Positions 1 to 11,605 of a stretch of DNA of 64,000 nt are shown here, piece by piece (the stretch's first letter is position 1; each line of letters opens with the position of its first letter). This stretch comes from Harriotta raleighana (lineage: Eukaryota). The position numbers and the translations under genes were made by a program. The stretch spans positions 1,012,116-1,076,115 of the forward strand of contig JBNZDD010013669.1 of NCBI GenBank assembly GCA_050575255.1, read 5' to 3'. The notes beneath the pieces were generated by a model that saw only the letters and a program-made list of their open reading frames with translations, was not told where the DNA came from and did no database searches.

Positions 1-328
1 AGTACCATAAATAATAGACTAAATACACTAATAACAGATACTATAATAACAGATTATTGCACTGGTACTTTATTATTTATACTTAACTTCTGCAGTGGCT
101 GCCACAGGAGAAAAACAAAACGGCAGAGCAACATTTTTTAAAAAACGGCAGTAGCATGACTTTAGGCTTGACTAGCAGCAAGTATTCGTATGCAACAATC
201 GATTCATTAAATGCGTCATCGCTATTCTGCGAGATAACTTCCGGTTTATTGAATCGTGACTTTTTTTTGAGGTTCCGGTTCATCGGGGTTTCCGGTTCAT
301 TGAGTTATGGATAAACTGACTTTTACTG
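1..328. mobile_element. Right part of a Tigger/pogo-like non-autonomous DNA transposon (family A)
   Basis: Ends GGATAAACTGACTTTTACTG followed by TA (329-330), i.e. a CAGTAAAA-type TIR plus a TA target. The AT-rich interior matches 7970-8210. Confidence 0.7.
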
Positions 329-329
329 T

Positions 330-563
330 ACTTGGTCAATTTTCTTAGGGGGCCCGTCACTCACGTCATGTTTAATAAGTGTGCATGCCCACTTTAATAA
401 GTGCATGTGCATGTACAATTTTATTTTATTCCAAGATTAACTTTCGGCAGGTGCAATGCCTCTTTAGGTGGACCTCCTGCTCTGCGGGCTGGGGAGAGCT
501 CTGGTTTTCGCTATACAGGCATTTGAAAATGACAAGAACACAGCACACTCAAATCCTCCCATT
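330..563. repeat. Dispersed repeat fragment, reverse complement of 4333-4564
   Basis: ACTTGG..GGGGGCCCGTCACT..GAGAGCTCTGGTTTTCGCTATACAGG..GCACACTCAAATCCTCCCA aligns in reverse with 4333-4564. Confidence 0.75.
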
Positions 564-1519
564 TTGATGATTTTTTGCATTAGTTTGGGGGCCCGGCATT
601 AAAAATGCCTCTGCTTGCTGGTTTGAGAACAAAGTGATGTGGCCAAATCTTGTAGGTACCACCTGCTAGATATTCAGCTATTTTGCACTGTGATTGAATC
701 CTTCAAACCCATCGATGTGGACACACCAAGTAACGTACTCATAAAACATTAATGAGTACAAGTAATTATTGATGCCTTTTAAGAATTTGCCTGAGGTACA
801 AATTTCTTATAAATATGTGATTGCAATGTAACGTATTACTCACAACCTGAATATGAATATTGCTGCCTCGTGATTTTTTTTTTCGAGTAATTGACATTAG
901 AATTGACAGAATGACTTCCCATCCTTCAGTGGAGGAAGACAATGTTCAAGTTAGGTAGCATAGCTTTTTTCTGGGCAGGGTTTCAAGGCCCCAGCCTCCA
1001 CTGAAGCAGTCCATGTAAGAATCTAAAATAAGAACAATGTAATTGATGCATGTCCCTGTTGGCCAGGATTTCCTCCTGTCAGTAACTAACTCAATGGACA
1101 CAATCAGCTCTTAACTCACTACTAATAGTCTCCAGAGAGGCTTCATACCCGTTGCTGAATTCTCATGTAAATCTGATAGCACTTTGGTCTCACAACCACT
1201 CATTTGCAATCTCCGATCTTTCCATCTCCGTTGCATTTCACATTTGCCCTTTTTGAGCTACTATCTTTCTTTCTATTCTCAATTTGGGAGAGATAACTAT
1301 TCCACCCAAGTCCAATGACCTATACTTTATTTAGTGAATAACTGCTATGCATATGGATGACCAATGCAGATTAGGTGGACTCTGAAGCTGAATAAAAATG
1401 AATGAGATGGGATGAATGTTGGGATTTTATGACAGCAAATATTTGGCACCCATTAACACTCTTGTGGTCACTCAGATTGCAGGTTTCCTTTACTGGTGGA
1501 CCCTTGAGTTCATATTCCT

Positions 1520-1748
1520 GGGGAAACTCAGCAAGTCAGGCAGCATCCATGAAGAAAAGAAAGTGAGTCAATGTTTCGGGTCCATGACCCTTCGTTAGAA
1601 CAGAACTTTGTTAGAGTTCTGACGAAGGGTCATGGACCCGAAACGTTGAGTCACTTTCCTTTCTCTATGGATGCTGCCTGACTTGATGAGTTTCCCCAGC
1701 AACTTCTGTGTTTTTTTAGATTCCCAGCATCTGCAGTATTTTGTGTTT
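1520..1748. mobile_element. Fold-back Penelope-like pseudo-LTR insertion with a 13-bp target-site duplication
   Basis: Inverted arms at about 1518-1601 and 1616-1699. Direct repeat AGTTCATATTCCT at 1507-1519 and 1749-1761. Same family at 11443 and 45046. The Penelope assignment rests on the hammerhead motif. Confidence 0.75.
1614..1652 (+). ncRNA. Minimal type I hammerhead ribozyme motif (Penelope type)
   Basis: GAGTT-CTGACGA-A-GGGTC(ATG)GACCC-GAAAC-GTT-GAGTC: CUGANGA core, 5-bp stem II, GAAA, palindromic AACGUU in place of stem III, and stem I with one G-G mismatch. Confidence 0.65.
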
Positions 1749-3525
1749 AGTTCATATTCCTTCTGGGTTTCATTTCAGATAAGTTATTAACTAACTGTTT
1801 CTGTTCCACTGATGTGAAAAAATAATTGGTTTCACTTGTCAGATATTTTTATGGTATGCTTTACCTAAAATACTAGACAAATGTAAGTACTGTAATACTG
1901 AGTGTCAATTTAAGGAGCTAGATACTGAAACTGAATCCTTACAAATGTTCTTGACATGTTCATGTAGGCTTTTAATGTTGTTTTCTGTCGATGTGATTTC
2001 AGGTAATGATTGTTTTATTCAATGTTGGAAAAGGTTACAGTCATTCTTATTTCCCAATCCCCTCTCTTTTCCATTACAAAATGCTCCAAATGAAGCCAAC
2101 CTGAGAGCTACATGTTTCAGGAACACTTCTGTAACCTTAGTTTCAGAGATTTTAATTGAACTATTCAGTTGTTGGGTGAGTGCATTTTGGCTTTAAACTG
2201 AGTGGGCAGTCAGCCTCCCTATCTTTTATGTTGACCACAGGAATAATTACAGATAAACTGTCATTTTAAAAAATGTCTCAAATGTCTCATAAATGTCTGT
2301 GTAATTCAGAACTACTGTTATATTTAAATCCTAAAATTTAGCTGCAAAGCCTTATGAACTGGAAATGAACACACTAAAACATGTACTCAATTCTCCATGT
2401 TTTATTGCCCACTGTTTCATTACCTCAGGGTGTAAATGTTTTGCTCTAACCTTTCCCGCATATTAGCAGTTTATAGAATTTAATTAAGTTGTTACTTAAT
2501 TCCCAGTCGATGACAGCAATAGATAGGTTTCTGACGCACAATAGCAATCACGTAACCCAGTAACCTGAATTTTTGCACCCACATTACCTTCTTATAGTTA
2601 TTGCATAGCGTTATAAAATGTTCCACTCCAATAGTTGTGGCATAATCTGCCTGAATTTTGCAGTGTGAACCAGTGTAACAGTAATAATCAATGAAACCAA
2701 ATGCTGTCAGTGTCAATGATTAGTTGCTGCAGATTATGCTGGACTTGGGTAAGGTCATCTCACAAATGGATGGAATCAATACAAAATTGCACGTTTGTGG
2801 TTTTGACGAAGAAATGAATAAAATTGCAATTTATCAGTTATACTAATATGTTGCCTGCTTGTACAGCTGGAGACTAATTTGGACTATGTTTGCTTGAGAA
2901 TGTAGAGACATCAAAGGGCTAGCTGCAGTACATCGCAAGTGGAAAAGGCAGGGATGGCTTATTTTATAATGTGAGTATTTACTCTGGTGCCAGATTTAAC
3001 TTTTATTCTACATGGTTTATAGTTGCTCAGAGTTCATTTTAGCTTTATATTTCTACTGAGCTTAAAAATTCTTTAGACGTTTCAATAACCCAGTACGGTG
3101 CTTTAGCAAATACAAGCTTATTTATTTATTATAACGTCAAACAATTCAAATAGTTTTATAGTGTGTCGATTATCTATTGAAGCCAAACACAGCAATGGAT
3201 TTATGCAAGTCAGGCCCCATACACAGCCAGTGGATCATCAATATATCAAAATAGTTATCCAAGACACTGGGAGAAACTAGATTTTAATTTCCATATCAAT
3301 GAGTAAACAGAATCTTGTTTTAACAATTCTTCAAAGCATGGCCACTCTGACATTGCCAAAATGTGATGTTACCCTATACTACTGCCGTGGAATATCAGCC
3401 TTGCTGTGAGCTTGTTGTGAGATTGAGAGTGCTACCAGTATTCCTCTCTGTTTCTGTTATCAACTTAATTAAAGCAAGTTAAACTATATTTTCATTTAAT
3501 ATAAGGAATGATTCGTTCAGACAAT

Positions 3526-4010
3526 GTACAACAATAAAATTACACTTGTAAAGCGCCTTTCACGTCGGGAGGACGTCCCAAAGCGCTGAACAGTCAGGTC
3601 GGGACCCGAGCATGGGGGGGATTGGGGGTAGTGGGAGGGGGAAGGAGAGTGGGAAGAGATAGAGTAGGGGTGGACCGAAGAAGCCGTTGAAGAGGAAGTT
3701 TTTCAGATCCGCTTTGAAGGAGGAAAGGGAGAAAGCAACGCGAGGGACTGTGGAATGGAATTCAAATGTGTGGTGGCATCGAGGCTGAAAGCCCGTCCAC
3801 CGATATTTGGGTGGTTAGGGCGGAGTACGTGGAGCANNNNNNNNNNNNGGGGGGGATTGGGGGTAGTGGGAGGGGGAAGGAGAGTGGGAAGAGTTAAGAT
3901 GGGGGTGAACCGAAGGCGCGGTCGAAGAGGAAGGTCTTGAGACCGGCCTTGAAGGAGGAAAGGGAGGAACAAGGCGGAGGGACTGCGGGATGGAATTCCA
4001 AAGTGTGGGA
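3526..4010 (-). mobile_element. L2-type LINE 3' end (two similar segments either side of a 12-N gap)
   Basis: Tail AAAATTACAC..AGCGCCTTTCACGTCGGGAGGACGTCCC. The minus strand encodes IGGRAFSLDATTHLNSIPQSL, an L2 ORF2 C-terminus. Confidence 0.85.
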
Positions 4011-4243
4011 AATGGAATTCCAAATGTAACGCGATTGCTAAGTTATCTTACCAATATGTACTCCAATAATTTTGGAAATGATATTGTAGTTTTCAATTAG
4101 TGAATGTGGCTGCAATGCAGATCTGTATGTTTTACCCTTGAACTCTTATGCTTGAAAGAAACTAAGAAAAGTGGGAAAATTGTATTACAACAACAAAATT
4201 TAATTTGTATAGCACTTTTCACATCGGGAGGACTAAGTAAGTA

Positions 4244-4690
4244 CAGTAAAATTCCGATAACCCAGCACATTCGGGACCTAGGCGGTGCCGGATTAGCAAA
4301 TATGATGGATTATTGGATGTTACTCTTAGGGTTGGGAGGATTTGAGTGTGCTCTGCTCTTATCTATGTTACATACCTGTATAGCGAAAACCAGAGCTCTC
4401 CCCATCCCGATGGAGCAGGCGGTCTGCCTACAGAGGCATCGCACCCACCAAAAGTTAATTTAAAAAAAAAAAAAATTGTGCACTCACACGCACATATTAA
4501 AGTGTGCATGCACACTTATTAAATGTGACGTCAGTGACGGGCCCCCGAGGAAAATGCACCAAGTGGTGTGAAGGCTCTCTGGGAAGAGATGCGCATAGAG
4601 ATACGCATATTGGAAAAGGATGGTCCGTCGCAGATGCTAGACTATAAGGCATTCCAGATTAACACGTGCCGGATTAAAGGAATTTTACTG
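4244..4690. mobile_element. Tigger/pogo-like MITE (family B), both ends present
   Basis: TA|CAGTAAAATTCCGATAACCCAGCAC ... GTGCCGGATTAAAGGAATTTTACTG|TA. Confidence 0.85.
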
Positions 4691-6395
4691 TATAATGAAT
4701 ACAAAAGGGATTTGGTTCAGGGGTTAGTTGCATCCATACTGGTAATTCTGGACATATGAGAGTGTATTGAGGTTGGGAGAGCACTCCCGAGTGTAGTCCA
4801 TGTGTGTGTGTAAATCTTTGGAGATAGTAAGTCTGTGCCGAATTTCATAACACTAGTGTGATGCAGTTGGAGTAGCTTTGGATTTCCTGTCATAAACCTG
4901 GGAGGCCTAAAGAAAGCAGCTGTCACCATGATCTTAAAAATATCAACAGCCTGTCTACCAGGGTGATATCGTAAGGAGGAGGATGGGTTTCAGCGTGCAT
5001 GCATCGAACCTACTTGTGAGTGTTATTGCGTCAGGAGGCAGTTGGTGAATTTTCTTTGCAGTCTGCCAAACAGGGCTATAATAATTCACTGTTGGACAGC
5101 AGTAAACTTTGCAGAATACCAATTGTTGTTAAGTCTCAAGTGGAGCTTAGGTTTCTCAAAGATTCAAACTATTATATTGGCTTTTTCAGGCCTAGTTTGC
5201 TTCAACAGTTTGATTCAAGTTGCAAGAGATGCTGCTGGAAGTGAACAATGATGAGGTTGAAAGCTCTGCATGTGTAAAATCACTTGATGAAAGAAAGTAA
5301 GATTTCAACAGTGCACACATCCTGTCCATTCCATGTCGCACTATGACGAACACACTCTGTAAAAGTAGTTTTAACACTTTGCTAAGAAACGGACATGGGA
5401 TTTCCTTTAGAAGCAGGCAACCAAAACATTTCACAACTTGCTGCAGTCAGCTGCTAAGAAATTAGCTCAAGCCTTCAGTGGAATGTTCAATGTGCCATCA
5501 CAAAGCATTTCATGTCTTTTCAATTTCTGTGGTTTCATTGATATTTGCTGTCTGTTGTTGTTAGTTAGCTATACAAGTGTAATTTTGTTGTTGATAGCTT
5601 TTCAATATTAAGCAGAGCTTTCAGTAGCAGTGTTTTTTTTAATGGCATATTTTATGCAGTTTTTTTTAATACTTTTTTTCTGATATTTGATTGTTGTGTG
5701 TTGCACTTTCTGTTAAAGTATCTAAAATTGTATTAGAGATGGAACCTTGTAATGTAAAAGTCTGCTACAGGATGCACTTTGTGAGCAATAGAAATAAGTG
5801 TTCTATAGAAATGACCCATTGCTTCACCCCTGTCCCATGTTGTTTAAATACAGTTGAGGGATTTGAAATATCCCACAACACTGTATATCAGAGGCAATGC
5901 AATCTTTCCTTTACTATATTCATTTGTAACCCTCAGTATAGTAGAAGTTAAAAAATGCAGTTTAAAGTTCCTTTAACATCTATACAGTGCATTGCACTTA
6001 CAATATATCGATCCAGTGGATTGGCTTTATAGGCCATATGGCCTTCTTCTTTGCTTTAATTACTTTGATTCTTTTGTTAATGAAATGTGTTTGAAATCTT
6101 ATCATGAAATCATATCAAAATATTCATGAGCTGAGATATTTACTGTTTAGACTCCTAAGATCTTGTTTATTCTTTGCCATGGAGAGTTGGGAGTGAACAG
6201 ATGCTGCTGTTTTTATTTCGGAGACTGGAGTGCATCATTCCCAGTGACAGATAGTAGGTGAGTTTGCAGTTCCTCTTAACATCTGGGGATGACTAAAGAA
6301 TCTTAACATTTTTTTGGTGCTTTACTTGATAACTGTATTGTGTGGGATGGTGCTTTTAAAAAAAATGGTTAATGCAGAAATTCTTACTGTTAGGG

Positions 6396-6450
6396 AGATA
6401 TATATATATATATTTATATACATATATATATTTATATACACATATATAAT
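6396..6450. repeat. (TA)n-rich microsatellite at a SINE tail
   Basis: Imperfect ATATAT run. Confidence 0.85.
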
Positions 6451-6610
6451 AATCCTTGCAATTGATATAGCGCTTTTCACATCTTATCAATGTCGCAAAG
6501 CGCTTAGTGAATTGACTGTGCATTTGTGGGCGAAACGCGGCAGTCAATTGCACACAGCAGTGTCTCACAAACAGTCATGGATTGAAATGACCAATTTTTA
6601 TTATTGCAGA
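6446..6610 (-). mobile_element. Deu-domain SINE, 3' half
   Basis: AATAATCCTTGCA..TGATATAGCGCTTTTCACATC..GGCAGTCAATTGCACACAGCAGTGTCTCACAAACAGTCATGG, which recurs throughout the window. Confidence 0.85.
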
Positions 6611-6989
6611 GTCATCTCAAAGGGCTTCACAGAATATACTGAAAAGTGAAAACGTAGCAGCCAATTGTACACGCCAGTGCTCACAATCACGCTTTATGCT
6701 AAAATGTTTCAAATTGTTTTTCTTCTAACTTTCCCTTTTTGCATTTCCGGAAAGTATAATGGAAACTAATCACATCTTTCATCATTTAACCTCTCCAGGC
6801 TTTCCATTGTTTCAAAACACTTATGTTGGATCTTCCTATTAACTTCTCCTGTTGATCCAGCTCCAGTGTGTTTAGGCCTTTGCTTATAATTAACTATAGT
6901 CGCTCATTCTTATCGTGTACCTGTGTGACACTTTTTCCAAGGCTGTATTGAAGTAGCCTTTCTGCAAATGGGTCACCCAAAATTTAATT

Positions 6990-7058
6990 GCCTCAGTCTG
7001 ACCTGGATTTGAACTCAAATCTCAAGAGTTTGAAAGGTCAGCCTGCTAACCCACTGAG
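6990..7058 (-). mobile_element. tRNA-derived SINE head fragment
   Basis: The minus strand reads CTCAGTGGGTTAGC (A box-like) ... GAGTTCAAATCC (B box). Confidence 0.5.
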
Positions 7059-7679
7059 GTTTACAGGCAAAATACAGCCATGTAATGAGAGATGAAACAA
7101 TAATTAAAAGAATTTGAGCATTGGATGCTCAGCATTAGTTCTAAATTGTAAGTTCTGTTGGTTATTGACAACTTTTAGACTTCCAAAAAAATAAGGGTTA
7201 TTGCAGAGCATGACTGATATTCAAATGCGGATGGCAATTGCTAAATTAGTTTTCGAACGCAAATTTAACTTCTCACTTTAAACTTGACTTTTTTCATGTA
7301 TTTTGACTTCAAAATAATCTTGTTTCCTGTGACTGCCAGCATTGCGAAATACTTTTTCCATTAGCAAAAATTTGAATCCCGTTGACAGTTTGCCCGACAG
7401 CTGATGTTATGACTGCACTCTTGTCAGGTTTAATCTGGTGCAGTTTGTGAGCACGGGGTAATTGAATTTGACAAGTGCAATGACACTGAAAGCTGGAACT
7501 GATTTATGAAATTGTTATTTAACTGAATTTTTAATAAAGCCAATGTACAATATTCAGGCTCATGCCCTCTCCTTGCATCGACAACTGGCTCTTGCAGGTT
7601 TCTTGTGCAATTCTGTTCAATTAGTCTATGCTCACTGTGTGCAAAAAAACTATAGGAGACAGTTTTTATTCATCCATTG

Positions 7680-8560
7680 CAATACTGGGGGAGCACTGCA
7701 TTGTTAGAGGTGATGTCCTTTGGGTAAGAAATTAAATTTGGGTCCCATTTACCTGTTTATTTGGGCTGTAAAGATCCTATGGCACTACTAGTTTATCCAA
7801 CGCTCATGAGACCTGGCCAATGCCGGTTAAACGGCTTTCCAGTTGAACGTTTTTTTGGAAAAAAAATTAAATTCAAAAATTATCTTAACACATATATTAA
7901 TAATAGTCTAAATAATAATAGATAATAACAATTTTGTATGGGTATTTTATTGTAAATGTTGTACATTGTACCATATAAATAATAGAGTAAATACAGTAAT
8001 AACAGATACCATAAATTACAGAATATTGTATGGCTGTTTTATTGTAAATGTTGAAGAATACTATATAAATAAGAGACTAAATACACTAATAACAGATACT
8101 ATAAAAACAGAATATTGTATTGTACTTTATTATTTATACTTAACTTCTGCAATGGCTGCCATGGCTGCGGGTTTTCCGATTCATCGAGTCACAGATACAC
8201 AGGCTTTTATTTTATTTGAAAAGAAAGGAGTTTCATCCAGGGTTTTGGCCAACAATCCTTCAAATAAGATTGGCTCTTCACTAATAATAATAAAAATACA
8301 AATTCTTGCATTTTGTATAGTGCCTTATCACATCTTCTGGATGTCTAAAAGTACTACACGGAATATACTGTAAAATGAATTGGCTATATTTCTGGGCGAA
8401 ACTCTCACTTCAAGGCTATTTGTAAGACATTGCTGTGTAAAATTGGTCTGCAGTTTCCACTTACAAATTACAGGCAATAACTTCAAAACGAAGATGCTGG
8501 GAAGCGCCTTGAGATATTTAAATTACATGATGAGGTATTTATCAAATTTAAGGGATTATT
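7680..8560 (+). mobile_element. Older long DeuSINE interrupted by a Tigger-like element and an antisense SINE
   Basis: ACTGCATTGTTAGAGG..AAAGATCCTATGGCACTA stops at about 7787, resumes TATTTGAAAAGAAAGGAG..TTGGCCAACA at about 8212, and finishes at 8410-8560. Colinear with 63225-63535. Confidence 0.7.
7788..8210. mobile_element. Tigger-like element (family A) with about 90-bp internal tandem units
   Basis: Start AGTTTATCCA and end GTTTTCCGATTCATCGAGT..CTTTTA match the terminus at 285-328. TAAATAATAG..AATAACAGATAC units are repeated. Confidence 0.7.
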
Positions 8561-9673
8561 TCCTGTTTATTGACAAAGAAGGAAAGTTATTTTTGTAGTG
8601 GTGGTGGGGGAATAAAATTTGATGTGGGCTCCAATAATAAGATATGATGGAGTTTCTGTGGTTTGTTAAACAGAATACCGCTTAACTGAAACATTTTGCA
8701 ACCCATTTATGAGTGCAAAATAATTCACACTATGTGATCAGTGTTGAAAATTCTAATTTCAGCACAAATTTTAATGGATGATGCTCAGAAACATTTTAAA
8801 GGTCATTCGAGACTACATTTCTGCTATACTGGTATATGATTTATGAATGTATTTTATGTTCTTCATGATTAAAGAAAATTATAGACAAAGAATATGATGA
8901 GATTGTGACATTAGGAAAGACTGAATGAAACAACACTTTACGCCTTTTTATTTACGCCATTTTACTCTAATCTTGTCCCCAGCCTGGAGGGGACCATATT
9001 ACATTAATCTCAATAATCTCTGATACATGGACATTTTTACACATACAGAACCTCGAACAAAAAGGATAAATTATTTTTTAAATTATTCAATTGACTGCCT
9101 CACTAAAAGGGTTGGACTTCAAGTAATTCCAGCATCTATCACTCCAGCAGTTTGTGGCCTCAAGAAATATCACTGTTGGGAAGATTTTTGACCAGAATTG
9201 AGATTTACATTCTGATATTAGGATGTGGTTGCTGGATCACAAATTGTACTGTATCCCATCATAGTGTTATATTTCCTTGTCTGTCTATCTGTCTCTCTCT
9301 TGCTCTTTTCTCTCTGTCTACTTGATATGTGCTTGCAGATTAGGCCAATAAGGTTTTGCTCCAGGTGTTGGATTGAGTATTCATTACCATCAAAAGAGAT
9401 GACTCAAATGCCAGTTGATTAAGCACTATTTCTCCCCACTAAACTTTATTTTGTTGTGACGGGTCCTCAGTTTTGGCTTCAGCCAACCTCCAAGGTATTA
9501 CATGCCTGCTCTTGATGAAGCGCTATGCATTTTGTCTTCCTCCAAATGCAACCTTATTCCATTCAAACTCACCAGGGATGTTGCAAGATCTGTGCAATTA
9601 TACGTGTCAAAATATCGATGGTGTGTAACTAGTTGACTTGAATTGGGGCATGTCAGCCGGGTTTCTGACACTT

Positions 9674-9860
9674 CATAGAATCAGAGAATTTTATGTCACA
9701 AAAGGAGGCCGTTTGGCCCATCTAGTCTGTGCCGGCTCTTTGAAAAGAGCAACTCAATCCCACTGCCCAGCTCTCTCCCCATAACCTAACAGACCCGTTC
9801 TCCCTAAATAAAGATCTAATTCTCTTTTAAAACACTTGCAAAAGCCCATCACCAAGCTTA
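9674..9860 (-). mobile_element. CR1-type LINE 3' end
   Basis: CATAGAATCAGAGAAT..GGAGGCCGTTTGGCCCATC..GGCTCTTTGAAAAGAGC. Relatives at 24560 and 57138. Confidence 0.7.
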
Positions 9861-11442
9861 AGAGTATCCAAAGCAAGCTGCATCCCACCCACATGTGGAA
9901 ATTCCCGAGTTAGATTGTTGGAATGGCATTCACACTCTCTCCATGGAGGGACGCATCCTGCTTACCCAATTCTGGATATTATCAGGCTCAGGATGGCAAG
10001 AGCCAAGGTTTGGGGACCTTAGGTTGTGCATGTGGATGCCACTGGAGTCTAACCAGCTAAACTCGCATAACTTGCCATTGATATTGCTGTTGGGCAAGAT
10101 TTGCTGCTGCTTATCTCACTGGGACCATCCTATCCGTGATGGCATTGGTTTGCAGGGTTAACAGGAGCTGAGTGGGATATCTCCTCTCCCCTAGTAACTG
10201 GTCTGCCCTTCAAGGTTGCCAGTGAGCCAGGCCAGCTGAGTAAAACTGGATAAATTTGTCGCAAAACTTAGAATGTTTCATTGGTGGGTAGACCGCAATG
10301 AATTGCTGCTAAATGGTATTAAGATGTTTCACTGCTGACGTGAGCTGTATACACCATGTGAATGCAAAGCATCGGAAAAAATCAATAAAGCCACGGCGCA
10401 CACTCCTTGTCATCTCACTAAATGTTGCTGGAATTAAGATTAAATTTTCCACCATATTCGACATCCCCTCCTCAATTAACCTGTCTGATTTCACAACCAA
10501 AATGAATGCATTGTGTGAATTCAGAAACTTTACGTGAGCATTCCCTCTTCACAGCCTAGAGAAAATATGATTGGCAGGAGACCTGGTACTGAAATACTAG
10601 ATCATTCAGCACTTGACATTTAAATTGCTTTATTTAACTTGTCGTTTAATTTAATTTGCATATCTTTTGGCTCCTCAGGAGAATCATTGGTATGATGGGA
10701 ATAATTGTTTGTCTGTTTTATTGTAACATTTGCTAGAATATTAAATTTCAATGAATTTAAATTCATTGTGTTTTATTCTTGTGTTTAAAACTTTTCTCTT
10801 CATATACTGAAACCCTTCGATTTGGGATCTGATATTGTGGCCGAGTATCCGTTCATCTCTCTATTAGAACAACTTGTGTTCTGTGTGTCATCCTAGCTCT
10901 GCCTTGGGATCTGCCATTGTGAAGCGCTCTGAGATGCCACCTGGCATGGAGGGAGCTGTCTAAATGCAAGTTGTTGTTATTGGACTTTTATTTTAAGCCC
11001 TCACCTCAAATCCTCACTCAATTTGAGACATTTTAACATTGCAGGAATATATCAAGGAAGCAATGAGCACTGTATATCCAAAAGTTTGAATAGTGCTGTG
11101 AAGAATAAACTGAAGGGATTTTGTGAGGTTCATTTGAATGGGTAGTTTGAATAATATGTTGTTATTATTATTATTAAAAGCAGCAACATGAACCAAATGA
11201 CTGGTGACCAAATGAGTTTTAACAATATAGTGGTTGCATTTATCAGTTCTAAAAGCAAAGTGCACAGTGGGTTCCACTCCTCGCATAGAAGCAAGGCTTC
11301 AGTTCCCTTTATAGGGGGTTGTAAAGCATGAATTATTTGCTAGCTGTAGCAATCAACGCAATGTACACCTAAGCACAGTGTGATACAGTTAGCAAACATG
11401 CATTATAATCAGTGTCCACGAATCAGCCATGAATGAAGCTGT

Positions 11443-11540
11443 AACAAAAACAGAAGTTGCTGGAGAAACTCAGCAGGTCAGGCAGCATCCATGGAGAAAG
11501 GAAAGTGGGTCCACAACCCTTCGTCGGAACTTCATCAGAA
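11443..11540 (-). mobile_element. Penelope-like pseudo-LTR fragment with the hammerhead GAAAC segment deleted
   Basis: CAGAAGTTGCTGGAGAAACTCAGCAGGTCAGGCAGCATCCATGGAGAAAGGAAAGT matches 1518-1565. It lacks GAGTCAACGTTTC. Confidence 0.75.
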
Positions 11541-11605
11541 GTAATGAAGCTGTCACTTTCCAAACAATGTGATAATGCATCAGAGTTTTTATTGTCTGTC
11601 ATATC

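Noticed and set aside
7880-8150. CRISPR-like repeat array
   Set aside because: These are degenerate AT-rich tandem units inside a DNA transposon, with no constant repeat and unique spacer pattern and no cas genes.
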